A program made the translations under genes and the position numbers. From Ruditapes philippinarum (Eukaryota), in contig NW_026864532.1 in NCBI RefSeq assembly GCF_026571515.1, forward strand, positions 62,001 to 126,000: a DNA stretch of 64,000 nt, in the 5' to 3' direction. The notes beneath the pieces are model-generated. The model did not search any database. It saw only the letters and a list, made by a program, of their open reading frames with translations, and was not told the DNA's origin. Positions 23,571-37,044 of this stretch are shown here, piece by piece. The number at the start of each line of letters is the position of its first letter. Position 1 is the stretch's first letter.

Positions 23571-26500
23571 TCGTTTGTACAAAAGGTTCATTGCTTTTCT
23601 AGCTTGTGTAAGTAAATGATCTCTTGCTTTCTTAAATTTCCCATTAGGACTAAACATAACGCCTAAGTATTTATTACTATCGATTATTTGCAGAGCATTT
23701 ACATTAAGCCTAAAAGACATATTGCATTACCCACGTGTATTTGTACCAAAGATAATAACTTTGGTTTTGTTAGTATTTATTTTAAACTACCATCTTTGAC
23801 AATAATCGTTAAAATCATTTAAACATTATTGGAATTCTTGCGGGGTCTTTGAATAAGAACCGTGTCATCTGCAAAAAATAACACTAATATACTTAAAAAA
23901 AACTATGAATATTGTCAATTTGGCATTCTAAAGAAATTCCGCCATTACATTTAGATTCCAGAAAATCGATTAAATCATTATGAAAAAGTGAGAACAACAG
24001 AGGGGAAAGATTTTTCCCTTGTCTCACGCCACAATCGCACGAAAATATAGAGGAAACTTCCCCCATTTGATTGAGCACATGACCTAATGTTATTGTACAT
24101 GTTGCGAATAATCCTTAGGAATTTGCCACCAATACCATTATCGATCAATTTTTGAAAAAGTTGGGCTCTATTTACATTGCCAAAAGCTCGGGGAAAAGCA
24201 ACAAAAGCTACAAAAAGCTTACTTTTTCATACGCATTAGTTCTATCAAAAACATTAAGCTAAATACGTGATCTATAGTGGAGTGATTTTTTTCTAAAGCC
24301 TGCCTGATTTTCATGAATAATGTTATGAGTTTCTACAAATTTAGTCAACCTATCATTTAAAACTGAAGTAAATAATTTTCCAACACAGCTCGTAATTGGC
24401 CTATAGTTTTCCGATAAATCTGTATTTCCTTTTCCCTTAAAAATTGTTATGACCAACTGTTAGGAACAATTCCGGTATCAAGAATAATGTTAAAAAGTTT
24501 CGTAAATATTGGCAACATAATGTACTCTGTAGATTTAATATATTCGTTAAAGATATTATCCGACTTACTAGCTGCTTTACCATTTTTTGCACTTTTTAAT
24601 TAAATTAAAGATTTCATTTTCGGTAAATACTGTCATTATTACGTAAATCAGTCCCATTGGTTTCAAACAGGTATGACTGTTCATTGTTTGAAATATTCGT
24701 ATCAAAATCATTAATTGATGGCATTTTGCTCTGGTTATTTGTTTTAAGACTATTTAAATATTTCCAGTATGATTTGGGATCGAATTTTTGCATTTTTCTT
24801 AGCTTTGCCTGATTGTTAAACGTATATTATTCAGGTAAAATTTCATTGTGTGTTTATAATCTTTACTTGCACGGTTATTCATGTTATACCTTTTCCGTGT
24901 GCGGTAATATATAGCTCGCTTGTTATGGCAGTTGGGCCTGTACCCGGGTTTATTTTTAATGTTTGACATACATGTGTTCCTTATTGTCTTAACGTGCGAA
25001 TAAGACTTTGTAAAAACAGGTTTTGCAAATTCGTTATAAATGTGAGTAATTTCCTGTACAATATGATTCATCCAAGTTTAAAAAAAGGAAAATTATTTAA
25101 AATGTATTCTACGTTCGCTACCTTGTTCAAATTAATTTTTTGAATAAACTCGTTTTTTCGGCTGGGTTGCCATTTAATCGCGTTGCTTTTAGCAGTCGGA
25201 CTGTTGACACCATTAATTGCTATCACTTTTAACAAAGTTAATTTCTAAGGACAATAAAGAGTGTCCATCTGAGAAAATGCAATCCAATTCATTAATTTTG
25301 AAATCTTTTAAACATTTCAGCATATTTGCAGACGGAATGGTATAGTCGATTACCGTCATGTTTTTGAATGTAAAATTTCCAATGTCTTGATCGTGGCTAA
25401 AACGACCATTTAATACAAAAGAATTATCATTTTTAGAAATATTAATTAAAGACCGACCTAAACTATTGATCTTATGATCTTTAGATGTCCTTAGAATGCT
25501 CAACCCTAACTTGGCTTAAAATATCTGTTTAATTAAAAAATTCTACGAAGTCATTATCAAAATCAAAAATGTTTGTTAAAAAATCATTAGATTTCGTGAA
25601 ATCTTCAAATTCAGCAATATGGGCATTAGCATCACCGGTTATGAGCACATATTCATTTGCAATACACATATCAATAATTTCATTTTTTAAAAATTAACAA
25701 TTCATCTTGATTAAAATATTTTGAAGATTTTGGTGGAATATACATGATGCCAATAATAATATGTTTACGACTAACAGGTGTACAATTCATAATTTTAACC
25801 ACATAATATAATCGGAGCTAGAATCCATTATTTCTATTTGATCATGTAGACCGGTCTTTACAAAAATACACAGACCACCGGACATTCGTATAAAAGCTTG
25901 TTTTCAAGGTTGTTTAAAGAACTGGTAACCATCTATAAATATATATTGTCATACTGGTCTATTTTGCGACGTTGTCGATAACTTATCTTTGTTTGTTTCC
26001 GTCCGTATGTGTTATCATTCGAAAGAGATAATTTATTTGAATCAGAAATCGATTCCGATTCGGACTTGATTGTTGTTCGTGGTGTATGTTATTTGAGGTC
26101 ATCATGGATGTAACCTCACCTGGTTCAAATCCCATATTTACCATTTGACGTTTTATTTCATCTTGTTTTATTTCGATACTGTCGACTATTCTTTGTTTGA
26201 CGTCCGTATTTCTAGATTGCGCATGTAAGCTGTGCCAGTCTGGGAAAAGGTCTTTATGGGTCTGCCCTTTGACTATTAAAGCAGCAGAATATGCAATTCG
26301 GACGTTACTCGCTCCATGTAGTTCACGCAGCGCCTTAAATTCAGCCCAAAGGGATTTGCGAGCTTCCTATATTTCTTTTGGATAGTCCCTAGAAAATCCC
26401 TATCTGCGTTCCTTTAAGAAGTGTTTCATTTTTAAAATGAGGTGCACCTGATCGACAGAGTTAAATGTGGCTAAAATTTGACGAGCTGGTGGCCTTCTAT

Positions 26501-27642
26501 AGGGGGCGGTTCCCGGGTTGGGCTTAAATACTCTACCAATTCTGTAGGCCCTGGTGATGTGGAATCAGGATTTTTCAATTTTTAATCGATCAACAATGAT
26601 TGAACTCACTAATTCGACAGGATTTTTACCTAAAAGTTCATTGCAATTTGAGAATAACAAGTTTACTTCTTTCTGCCGGGCCTCAAGGTCAATTTATTTA
26701 TACTCGATGAGTTTTAGTCTCTGATCTACTACTTCATGCGCAGCGCTATTAAAATAAACATAAGATTCTATATTGTCAACTCTGCACTGCATTAAATTCA
26801 ACCTTAACATCCCTTCTAGTAGAACACTGAGCTTTTCATCAGACGGCAATTGTTTTTTAAACATGTCCATATTCAAGTCCAAATAATTTGAAGGTTGACT
26901 TGAAGGTTGACTTGACTTTACCCGACCCGTAGATCCTGTGGAATGGCAAGCACATTTGGAATGTTGGACAGTCCTTTACTTTCTGATAGGGGAGCATATT
27001 TACCCGTATATTGTGAGAATATGCCTGATGCTACTTTTGCAGTTCCTGTAGCCATTTTGATAAAGTTAGAAAGTCAATTTAAACAGGTTATGCTAATTAA
27101 GCAAAATTATGGTTGTTTTAGTTGAAGATAATGATTTTAAGCATTAATACATTTAATAGCCTTTAATACATTAAAGAATTAATATGTTTATAATTGGCCT
27201 AAATTTTGTCAATTTTATCTCATTTATAATCTCTCTTACCTTCTCAAACTGAGAATTACCTAAGATTAATATAAATGATATATATTATTCTGAAAATAAA
27301 TATTTATATATAATGGTGGTATGTATGAAATGTGGATTAAGTATTGATATGTGTGGATTAAGTATTGATATGTACCTGTGGGACACTAGTATACTTTAAC
27401 TGACATGGATATTAACAAAAAGATTAGAAAATCTTTCAATTCCATTTTTGAGACGACACCAATCTTTTTTTCTTTTTTTCATGCATTGTAACATAATTAT
27501 GCAATATGATTATTTTTATGAGTTTATTATAAAATGCAAAAATATTTCAGTTTTCTTTTTTCTTTTTGTACTACTTGTAATGAAATTTATTGGGACCAAC
27601 ATCCAGAGAATACAGAATTTACATTGTCTACTTATATTTATC

Positions 27643-28307
27643 GAGTGTAGGACAAAAGCCCCCCCCCGGACGAAAGCCCCCCCCCCCCGTCTAAAAATAA
27701 CAAGGTGGACAAAAGCCCCCCCATGAAATTTTCACATAGGACAAAAGCCCCCCCCCCCATCAAAAATACAGGTAGGACAAAAGCCCCCCATCTTTTTTCA
27801 CACGCACCTGTAGGGGCTCAAATTCATCAAATTTCACACAAACTTTTAAATAAAAATGAATTGAATTTGTTTTAATGTTTATTTATAATGTATATATTGA
27901 AGTGATAACAAAGTTTATGATAACAGATTAAATAATGCATGCATGCGATAACGAATTCATAGCTTTTCATATACACAACAAGGGTCAGAAGAGTAGTAAT
28001 GTTTAATCACTTTTGTAAAGGAATCAAATGAATATCCTAAGCACTATGTCACCTACATGTGATGTCCATACATATTTTTTAAACACATAAAAACACAACT
28101 TTAATACACTATATGTAAATTTGATTGACTTTGGGTGGGGGGGGCTTTTGTCCTACCTTTACTTTTTTATGAGGGGGGGGGCTTTTGTCCTATGTATAAA
28201 TTTCATGGGGGGGCTTTTTGTCCACCTTGTCATTTTTAGACGGGGGGGGGGGGGGCTTTCGTCCGGGGGGGCTTTCGTCCGGGGAGGGGGGGGGTTGTCC
28301 GTATCCC
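27643..28307. mobile_element. Fold-back MITE with repeated GGACAAAAGCCCC subterminal motifs and an 8-bp TSD
   Basis: Inverted arrays of GGAC(A/G)AAAGCCCC at both ends; TATTTATC at 27635-27642 and 28308-28315. Confidence 0.85.
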
Positions 28308-29066
28308 TATTTATCATCTGCCTTTTGTTATTTACCCTGAGGGGCTCTCTTATCAGCAGGGTACTATATTAAAACACCAATACAAAGCATGACTTTTGAC
28401 ACTTTAATTTTCTGTAAATATTTTCTGCTCATGTATGATATTTTATTTAAAAAAAAAAATAAAAAAAAAAAAAAACAACGCAAAAGTTTTATAGTCATGT
28501 ATTTAAATATTTTTTTAAAATATATTTTCTTCTAAATGTGTCTTTAAAATATATTATCTTCTAAATGTGTTAAAAATGACAAGGCAAATTTGTCAAATAT
28601 ATAATAGAAAAAAATAACATTTCCCAGTTCAGAAATTAAAAGACGCTGCAAATTTTAATGCAGAATTGCAAGAAATGTGGATAAATATTGATATGTGGTC
28701 TTTCTAGAATAGTTAAACTGATATTGATTTTAAACAGTTTTTTATGATAAGATTAGAAAATTCCACTTCAAAGACAATAATGACAATAATATCTAACATG
28801 CGTTTATGCCATTATGATTATTTATACAAAAATTATAGTCATTTATCTATGTCTTACATGTATTTTGAAAAAAAAAAAAAAAAAAAACAACAACAACAGG
28901 AAAATTTAAATAAATATAAATATTGCATACATCTGCATTTTTGTTATTTACCCTGAGGCCTCTTAACAACAGGAGACCAGTGTAATGAAAACAGTCGCTG
29001 TCAGAAAAATACCAATACACAGCATGACACGAGACTCTCCTCTTGTATAAAAGCATTCCCTTTATA

Positions 29067-29915
29067 CGGAAGACGGACAAAACCCCACCAGTTAAAACCC
29101 CACCACTCAAAATTTTATAGAGTGGACAAAACCCCACCACTAAATTTTATAGAGTGGACAAAACCCCACCACTAAATTTTACAGAGTGGACAAAACCCCA
29201 CCACTTCAGTTTTATAGAGTGGACAAAATCCCACACTTACCAATTATTTGGCAAGATTTGATGAATTAAAATATATATAATATACACATTTTTTTCCACA
29301 ATTTTATTAACAATGCATGTACATCTTGCATGTGCAATATGCAAAAAAGGTGTTACAAACTGTTAAATCAACATCAAAGAGTAGTCATTTATTTGAGACT
29401 GTGCCACATTTATGAACTTGAATTATCCATTATTATTAGTTTCTTCAAATACATTTCTTCAATTTATTTATATAAAAAATAAACTACTTACTATTAATCA
29501 AGAATATAGCACATTTTCATCAAATCATGGTTAAAAATAGCACATTTTGTATAGCACATTTCTAGTTTAGTCAGTTGAGTCTATTTTCCTTCATTGCACT
29601 TAGTTTAAGCGGATACAGTGGCCGATAGCCTGAAGAAACTCAGGTACAGTCTTCTCCTTATTGATTGAGATGTTCACATATTCTTTTGAGTTTCTGCTGA
29701 TGCACAATTGTTTGTTTTTTAACATGTTTACAAGAAAGTTTTGTCCACTCTATAAAACTGAAGTGGTGGGGTTTTGTCCACTCTGTAAAATTTAGTGGTG
29801 GGGTTTTGTCCACTCTATTAAATTAAGTGGTGGGGTTTTGTCCACTCTATAAAATTTTGAGTGGTGGGGTTTTAACTGGTGGGGTTTTAACTGGTGGGGT
29901 TTTGTCCGACATTCG
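29067..29915. mobile_element. Fold-back MITE with 32-bp subterminal tandem repeats
   Basis: Left arm has (AGAGTGGACAAAACCCCACCACTAAATTTTAT)n and the right arm has the reverse complement. Termini CGGAAGACGGACAA / CGAATGTCGGACAA. No TSD is visible. Confidence 0.85.
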
Positions 29916-30129
29916 AACTTAATTCTTAGTCTTAAACTGGTAGATGTATTATTTGAGCTGTTAATTTGTATATTTTTTTATTTCAAGTTGTATTTCTGTT
30001 AAATACAGTTTCTCTTTATTTCTAGTTGGCTCTCAGATTCAGATTTCAGTTTTTTGTTGTTGTTTTTTTTGTTGTTGTTTTTTTTCATATATGTCTATTT
30101 ACGGTACTATGTACGTTAAATCTGTTTCG

Positions 30130-31150
30130 TCTACTTCCATGTTGAATTACCTAATATGTCGTTTAGTCTGTTACGTATAACCATGTCTGTCAATGTGTAT
30201 TTTGTTAAGTGTCCGTTTAGTATGTGTATTTCTGTCCGTGTATGTGTATTCCTGTGGCTCATGTACATTTCTGTTAAGTATGTACATGTATATGTATGTC
30301 TGTATTTCCGTTCATGGGTGTATGCTTGTGTATTTCCGTTAAGTATGTACATGTGTCTGCCTGTGTATTTTCGTTCAGTCTGCTCATGTATGGTTGTGTA
30401 TTCACGTTCAGTCTGAACATGTGTACCTGTGTATTTCTTTAAGTTTTTTTTATTTGTGTATGCTTGTGTATTTCCGTTAAGTCTCTCCATGCCTGTGTTT
30501 TTCCGTTCAGTCTTCCAACGTATGCTTGTGTATTTCCGTTAAGTCTGTCAATGTCTGCCTGTTTTTTCTGTTCTGTCTGTCCATGTCTGCCTGTGTATTT
30601 TCGTTAAGTCGTCCATGTCTGCCTGTGTTTTTTTTTGTTCTGTCTGTCTCTCGATGTCTCCCTGTGTATTTCCGTTAAGTCTGTCCATGTCTGCCTGTGT
30701 TTTTCTGTTCTGTCTCTCCATTTCTGTCTCTCCATGTCTGCCTGTGTATTACCGTTCAGTCTCTCCATGTCTGCCTGTGTTTTTTTGTTCTGTCTCTCCA
30801 TGTCTGTCTCTCCATGTCTGCCTGTTTTTTTCTGTTCTGTCTGTCCATGTCTGCCTGTGTTTTTTCGTTATGCCTGTCCATGTATGCCTGTGATTGTCTG
30901 TTCTGTCTGTCCATGTTTGCTTGTGTATTTCCGTTAAGTCTCTCGATGTCTCCCTGTGATTTTCTGTTCTGTCTGTTCATGTCTGTCTGTGTTTTTCTGT
31001 TCTGTCTGTCCATGTCTGTCTGTGTTTTTCTGTTCTGTCTGTCCATGTCTGTCTGTGTTTTCCGTTCTGTCTGTCCATATCTGCCTGTGTTTTCTGTTCT
31101 GTCTGTCCATGTGTACCTGTGTATTTCCGTTATGTTAGTGTATGTTCTGT
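30130..31150. repeat. ~33-bp minisatellite (CTGTCCATGTCTGCCTGTGTTTTTCTGTTCTGT-like), progressively degenerate toward the left
   Basis: CATGT anchors spaced 32-33 bp (e.g. 30977, 31010, 31043, 31075). Strong T/C versus A/G strand skew. Confidence 0.9.
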
Positions 31151-31177
31151 TTAGTCATTTAGTATGTTTAGTCATGA

Positions 31178-31256
31178 AGTGGAGTAGCGGGGGATCGAAC
31201 TTGCGACCCCTAGATTCGTAGACAGTCAGTGTTACCACTGCACTACAGCGCCCGCT
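31178..31256 (-). repeat. tRNA-like Pol III head (box A/box B) abutting the minisatellite
   Basis: Minus strand reads GGGCGCTGTAGTGCAGTGGTAACACTG...AGTTCGATCCCCCGC. There is no convincing acceptor stem, so it is not called a tRNA. Confidence 0.65.
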
Positions 31257-31834
31257 CTGATTTATGACTATTTTTGAAAGTCCTATATACATAATCTCTT
31301 CAATGGCTAACAAATAAGTTATGTAATTAGATTTTAACACCTTATTCATGGTGGCCAACCCACGTGACATTAATATCGTAGAGATCTTCACTTGATACAG
31401 GTAATATTTTTAACTTTTATGTTTGCTTAATTATCTGTAAAAAAACGTATCCGGAATTATTAGCTTTATCAGAAGGCGTTGTAATCCCCTTAATGCTTTG
31501 GTAGAATTTTCTTGATTTAGTGATTAAGTTAACGTGACTTAATTTTTAAGAGCCGGCCGCTATTGTATCATAAACACACTACTAAAATTATTTTAGATTT
31601 GTATATTAAGAGCAATTAAACAGGTCAGTATGCAGGTAAAGAAACTTGAAGGGATCGATTATATAGAAGCTTGTCTCAGAATACGATGTAGAATTATTTC
31701 TTAATTAGTATTATAATTTCTTTTTTTTCGAAATTTTACATCACGTGACGTATGCACTGTATTTCAGTTAGTTTCAACTTTGTTATAACGATGCACTTAC
31801 GTGTGTACAAGTTATGAAATTATGCAACTTTTCT

Positions 31835-32020
31835 CTGTGAAGAAGCTATCCAGCTAGCTGACGGAATGTCGGTTGTCCTACTCAGGTGCCCGCTCATGAC
31901 TGAAATAATGTACGGAGGTACACCAGAGGTCTTCTTCCATCAGGTAAGCTTTAATGTCACTATATGATTATTTTATTGTTGATGTGACTTAAACCACAAC
32001 AATAACAAACAAACAAAAAT
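31835..32020 (+). mobile_element. 5'-truncated SINE family 1
   Basis: TGTGAAGAAGCTATCCAGCTAGC...CTCAGGTGCCCGCTC...GGTCTTCTTCCATCAG...(AAAC)n. Confidence 0.85.
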
Positions 32021-32637
32021 GTAAGGAATGATTTCTGCATTTAATGTTCTATTCTTAAATTCCACATTTTAAAGGTAGAACAGTATTTGTTGACAGCTGA
32101 TGTATGAAAGTCAATAGAAGACTATGTACAATGTTTTGTTGGCGTCGACGAAACGACGTTTTTGAGAGAATGTCACCGATGACGAATTTGATGTAGTGAC
32201 ATAGGCATGAAGACTTGTGCACTCACGTCCTCTAGTAACAGGGGTGAGGCATTGCAGCCTCGCTTGTGCGTCAGAAGATGCGATTGTCCGAGTATGTACC
32301 ATTGTTTTTGTGACGCGATTATCACTCTTCTATGTACCTTAAAGTCACATATAATCACCTCATGTCAATATATAAGGACATTGTTCAGTATGATAATGTG
32401 GAAGCAACCAAAATATGTACATCTAATAATTCATGTAGTAGGTTACCATTAAATGTAAATTTTCTCGTATCCAGACACAGGATATTCTGTCTAGGCAAGC
32501 TATTTCTTAAACATGATTCATATCAATGCCCTGGAAGGGGGTGGTGTGGAATTATTTCTTCTTATAATATTTCTTTAATTTTTATTTGGAAGGGAGATAT
32601 TTGGAAATAAGAAAAGAAATTCCTTTTGTCACTTTAA

Positions 32638-32668
<31 letters not shown>

Positions 32669-32794
32669 GCAAAACTTTTCTCCGATTTAATGCAGCGATA
32701 TTCTTACATGTAAATAGAATATCAAAAGCTTTTGGTGCGAAAACAAGAACTTTAAAATGTAAACTGGCAGATATTTCGTTTTTCTTTGTTTTAT

Positions 32795-35564
32795 TTATCC
32801 AACAAACTCTGTAGACGGATCAAAATGGAAAATGTCTGGTTGGTTTTTGTAAGGAGAATGTTGTCTTCTTATTTCTGGAATTAGGTCAGACCATAATGCC
32901 ATTCTCTTTGGATAGAATCCCTCGATGATTGATGCAGGAGACATCTGATCGGATATCCGGAAATAACGCTGTGACGTCATATCATACGCTGGCCACGTGG
33001 TGTTTGTGAATTTTGTGATATCCATTGGTAGGTTTGGGTTTCTGTTAATTGAAAGGAAGATCTAACATAAGTAACATAGATGTACCAAAATTGCATATGT
33101 TTCTGAAACGCCATGTTAAGCTACTACGTACATGCTAGTCTACAGATCTATGCTATCTTTGTACATTTTTATCCGAAAGAAAAACTTAAAACTTATTTCG
33201 CCCTCAGAATCTATTATTATGCTAACAAGTTTAGATCTTATTTCAAAGATTATATATGTATATGAGGAGCATTCATTTATTTATTTTAGTCATGTTTTAC
33301 TTGAAAACAACAAAAAAGCATATCCAAATAACAATTTACAACGGATCTCGAATTTACAACTTACCCTGATTTGGCAAAGTTAGACCACATCGCCATTATT
33401 GCATAACTGGCATGTTTTTCCGCCAAGCTATAATTGTAATTGCTGGAACCAAACACTGATATGTTTGCACGCAACGGAAAACCAAAGATAAAATGTAAAT
33501 CGTCGGCATGATTAGATCCTGTAATTCAAATAATGTTCTTTGATCATTATAAATTTTAATAGGAGGCAACGAACTACCAAAGATACCGAGAGCTATTTAT
33601 AGCGCGTCAGTGACGTAAGTTTCTAAAAATAAAAGATAGGAAAACGAATAGTCTGCTGTACTCTATAATTTAAATATAAAGAGTGGACCGGTATATTAGA
33701 GGTATTGAGGTGTTTCCTTATTGTTCATGTATTTTATCGTCTCCACCTTAATCCTTTTGATTTGACAATTATATGGAATGATTTATCTAGAGATAACATA
33801 TTTAAACTTTAAAAAGGGTGAAGGCCGCTTTAATGAAAGAAACTGAATAGTGTGATAAGTCTCATTCTCGGGGCAGTATTATTTCCCAAATACTAATTGT
33901 GCTAGTTAATAAAATCCACTTGGCTAGGGTACAGTTCCAATGGCAATGATTCAAGTTGCATGCACAATTTTCACGTAAATTTGCTTATTTTAATGCTTTC
34001 GAGGAATCATTGTTTCCCAGATATTTATTATGACCTAAAGTTTATGACAAGTTTTAGGGCATTATTTCGCATATCTTAATGTTCTCTTTGAAAACATGTA
34101 CTAACTTGTATATAAATTTATCACTATTAATACATACAGTGTATATATTTTTTAATTTGGGACAAACAGAAAGTAAACAAACTTGCCTTTCATCCATGAA
34201 GGTAAGGGTATAAAATTTGAACTTGTTTGAACGGCAAATTCGTACAGGTACGTCTTTCCAACGTTAAATCTAACATGTGCATTTACTGTCTGAGAAGCCG
34301 GTGAAAAGAACGTAGCGTCGTTACTCATATCTGTAACATGTTGCCATATACTGACGTAATTATCCGGATTATTCCAGTCGGTGTAAGAAAATGTCAAAAC
34401 CTTCTCAAATGCGACTTTTGTTTCATTGTCTTCTGGGAAAAGAGTTTGATCAACAATAAATGGAACAACTGTATTTCTGAATTCCTCTTTCGTTATATTA
34501 AAATCAAGAGTAGAGTGGTTAAGTGCATATTGAAATTCACCAAATATTAAAGCGCCATCTTTGTCATTGACACCTACAATTATGTCCAAAGAAGCAAAGA
34601 AGTTTCTAGCTCTAGCGGTGTTTGTAGAATTGCCGTTGACAATGTCGATGGGAGAGGCGATTACAAAATCACCGTCTATAACAGGACCAAAGCTGGTAAC
34701 ATTAGATTGTAGTGATATTGGTGTCTTTGTTTGCAGACATAAAGCTAATGTATTCGAATTAGGATCACATTTTTTGTCGTAGAAGTATTTTTCGAAACTT
34801 GACACTTTTTGTATAGCCCAAGATGCAACTGCGGATCCACTCTCTGCGATTACTCTTTTGAATAACCCCTCATTTTCCGGATATAAAGCCTGAAATATCA
34901 CAGAAGCCGCTCCCGCGGATTCGCCGAATATTGTAATTTCATCCTTGTATCCAAAGAAATTTTCAATATGATTATGTACCCACTTGAAAGCAAGATGCTG
35001 ATCCCAGAGACCCTGGTTTCCTGGAAAAACTCCTTTTGGGTCTCGTAGAAAACCAAACATACCTATCCGGTAGTTAATGGTTACGACGATAACGTCTCCA
35101 AATAATGCGAGCGCTTCAGGTTTGTATGACACTGCCGTCCCCTGGGTAAAACCTCCACCAAAAACCCATATCATCACTGGTCGCAAGTCATTGGCTCGAA
35201 GCTCATGTGGAACATATATGTTCAGTGTCAGACAGTCCTCGGAGAAATAAGATATGCCATATTCATTTTTGGATAAGGCAGTATCCTGTTCAGATTGCGG
35301 ATAACAAGACGCTGGGTCTTTACTTGCGTCAAACGTTCCTTTAAATGGAGCTTTCGGAACTGGTTTTCTAAACCTATTTTGTCCTCCTGTCGATTCTGCG
35401 AATGGAATTCCAAGAAATTTAGAAATTAATTTCTGTTCTCCGTCAAGAGAAATGTGTTCCTGAAATCCCATGATATTTCCAACTTTTGTGTTCACATATA
35501 CTGGTGTTTGTGTAACACAAAATGAAAAGTGTGCTAAAACCCCTAATATCCGCAAAATTAACAT
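32795..35564 (-). CDS. Secreted type-B carboxylesterase / cholinesterase-fold lipase, paralog 1 (intact, ~592 aa)
   Basis: Exons 34187-35564, 33365-33518, 32795-33041; intron 1 is GC-AG. Signal peptide, FLGIPFA, SEDCLTLNIY, GGGF oxyanion loop, GNQGLWDQ, GESAG, NDKDG, SNHADD, WSNFAKSGNPN. In-frame upstream ATGs exist at 35588 and 35594. Confidence 0.93.
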
Positions 35565-35669
35565 TCTGATGCGTTCTGATCTATGCATATGCAATTGCAG
35601 CGACGATACCTTGCTTATAAATTTTCCTTACAACTAAACTGTGATAGTAGCTCATCGTAGAAACCAATT

Positions 35670-35676
35670 TATTTAA
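35670..35676 (-). promoter_or_regulatory. TATA-like box conserved upstream of the esterase paralogs
   Basis: CCTTAAATAA-N4-TTTCTA lies ~105-125 bp before the ATG at 35670, 41500, 48221 and 54261; a variant CATAAATA is at 59674. Surrounding sequence has diverged. Confidence 0.65.
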
Positions 35677-36104
35677 GGCCATGCTTATTATTTGGGTTGG
35701 GTGCCAAAAATTCATACATACTGAAATTATTGTGCAATATTTCACAGTAATTAATGTTACTCGGTTCGATTGAGCCTGCAAAAGGACGGTTTGCTTTATT
35801 TGGTCTGCGATGCATTTTAATTAATATCAAATTAATTTATAAAGATGCATAAATCTAGCCTGTTTTTATAACAAATATATTTTAATTTACACATGCGGAA
35901 ACAACACATTAAGCTTTTTGTTTATATGTACACACCATATATTTGCCTTTTTCATTTTACACAGCTAAGTGACACAATTTTGTCAATGACCAAAACAACA
36001 ACATTATTTCAAGTGATAACAACAAGTAATGTGTACATCATTTGATCCTTATGGCCCTTGATTTCTTATCTGATATCAAATGCTAAAACAATAATTCTTC
36101 AATG

Positions 36105-36560
36105 CGGAAGTAAGTGATGGTGTCTCATTTTTGACCCCAGCTACATGCTTTATAAAATGCTCGTAGATGTCAGCTACGAAATACTAAATTCCAATTATAT
36201 AATCTAGCGCCATTGTTTTCTACAATATTTAAATTGGTCTCCTTTGCATATCAATATAAGCTATGTGACACCGGTCAAATGTATATATTTATGCTGCATA
36301 TATCGATGTTTTGAGTGGGAGATGTTTAAGAGAAAAGGGTGATGCTAGATGCTCAATAACTTAACAGTGGTCATTTCTACAAGAAGATTAAATGTGTTTT
36401 CGTACATAAATCTTTTTAAACTAAGTGACCTCGTGGTAGGCTCAATTTTGACCCCATGGACATTATTTACATAACTTTTGTAGAGGACCATACGTTATGG
36501 TTTTTATTTAAAAAAAGCTCACCTCTGTGCATTTTATACTCAGATTAGCTATGAAAATTA
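36105..36560 (+). repeat. Highly decayed HINE-type repeat remnant
   Basis: Residual TTTTGACCCC and CAAGAAGATT motifs of the 167-bp unit. Confidence 0.45.
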
Positions 36561-37044
36561 TATACATCGAATGAAATCTTGTACTTTTATAGGTTGGACA
36601 GATCGTCCATACAGTACTTGCTAGATTTCCGTGAAAACCTAGTGAAGTCGGTTTGCCCATAAAAATTCATTCAATGTGTTACATCGATCAAACGGTTTTG
36701 GCGAGGTCATTTTACTTGATTGAGATGATATTATGTTAGAATTCGAAATATAGCTTTAATAATTTACTGAAGATTGACTTTGAAATCTGGACTAATGTTG
36801 CGCTTGTGAAATTTAGACTTTCTCCATGTTCAACCTCGAAACTATATTCGATCATATTTTTCTTTCTCATTTATTTCTTTAAGAAGTATCCAATTAAATG
36901 AATAAGAAACAAAAAGCAATAGCACGCAGGAATACGCGCACATGCTATTAAAAATAATTCTACATGTAGAAGCAAAAGAAACCGGACATGGATTTGTAAT
37001 ACTAGTAGTCAAGTTTAACTATCGTTTTAGTATATAGTCTTTTT

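Larger units (their letters stand above)
22352..27060 (-). mobile_element. Decayed near-full-length LINE (ORF1 + APE endonuclease/RT ORF2), many stops and frameshifts
   Basis: ORF1 remnant from ATG 27055 (coiled-coil RLKLIEYK*IDLEAR, RRM-like ITRAYRIG, SRDYPKEI). APE motifs near 25200-25900 (ITGDANAH, LNGR, TVIDY, SDGHSL). RT motifs NYRPI, ENQAGFRK, GVRQG-NLSPLLF, FADDTV, YLGV, LLFSCEIWG. 3' AATAAA plus (TATTG)n tail at ~22352-22386. Confidence 0.9.

Noticed and set aside
30131-31221. Overlapping ORFs with 11-aa periodicity (up to 174 aa)
   Set aside because: A by-product of a 33-bp minisatellite that is open in several frames on both strands.
32098-32291. Possible Cys-rich plus-strand exon (AG...CVRRCDCP|GT)
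   Set aside because: Several in-frame stops, no recognisable domain and no partner exons.
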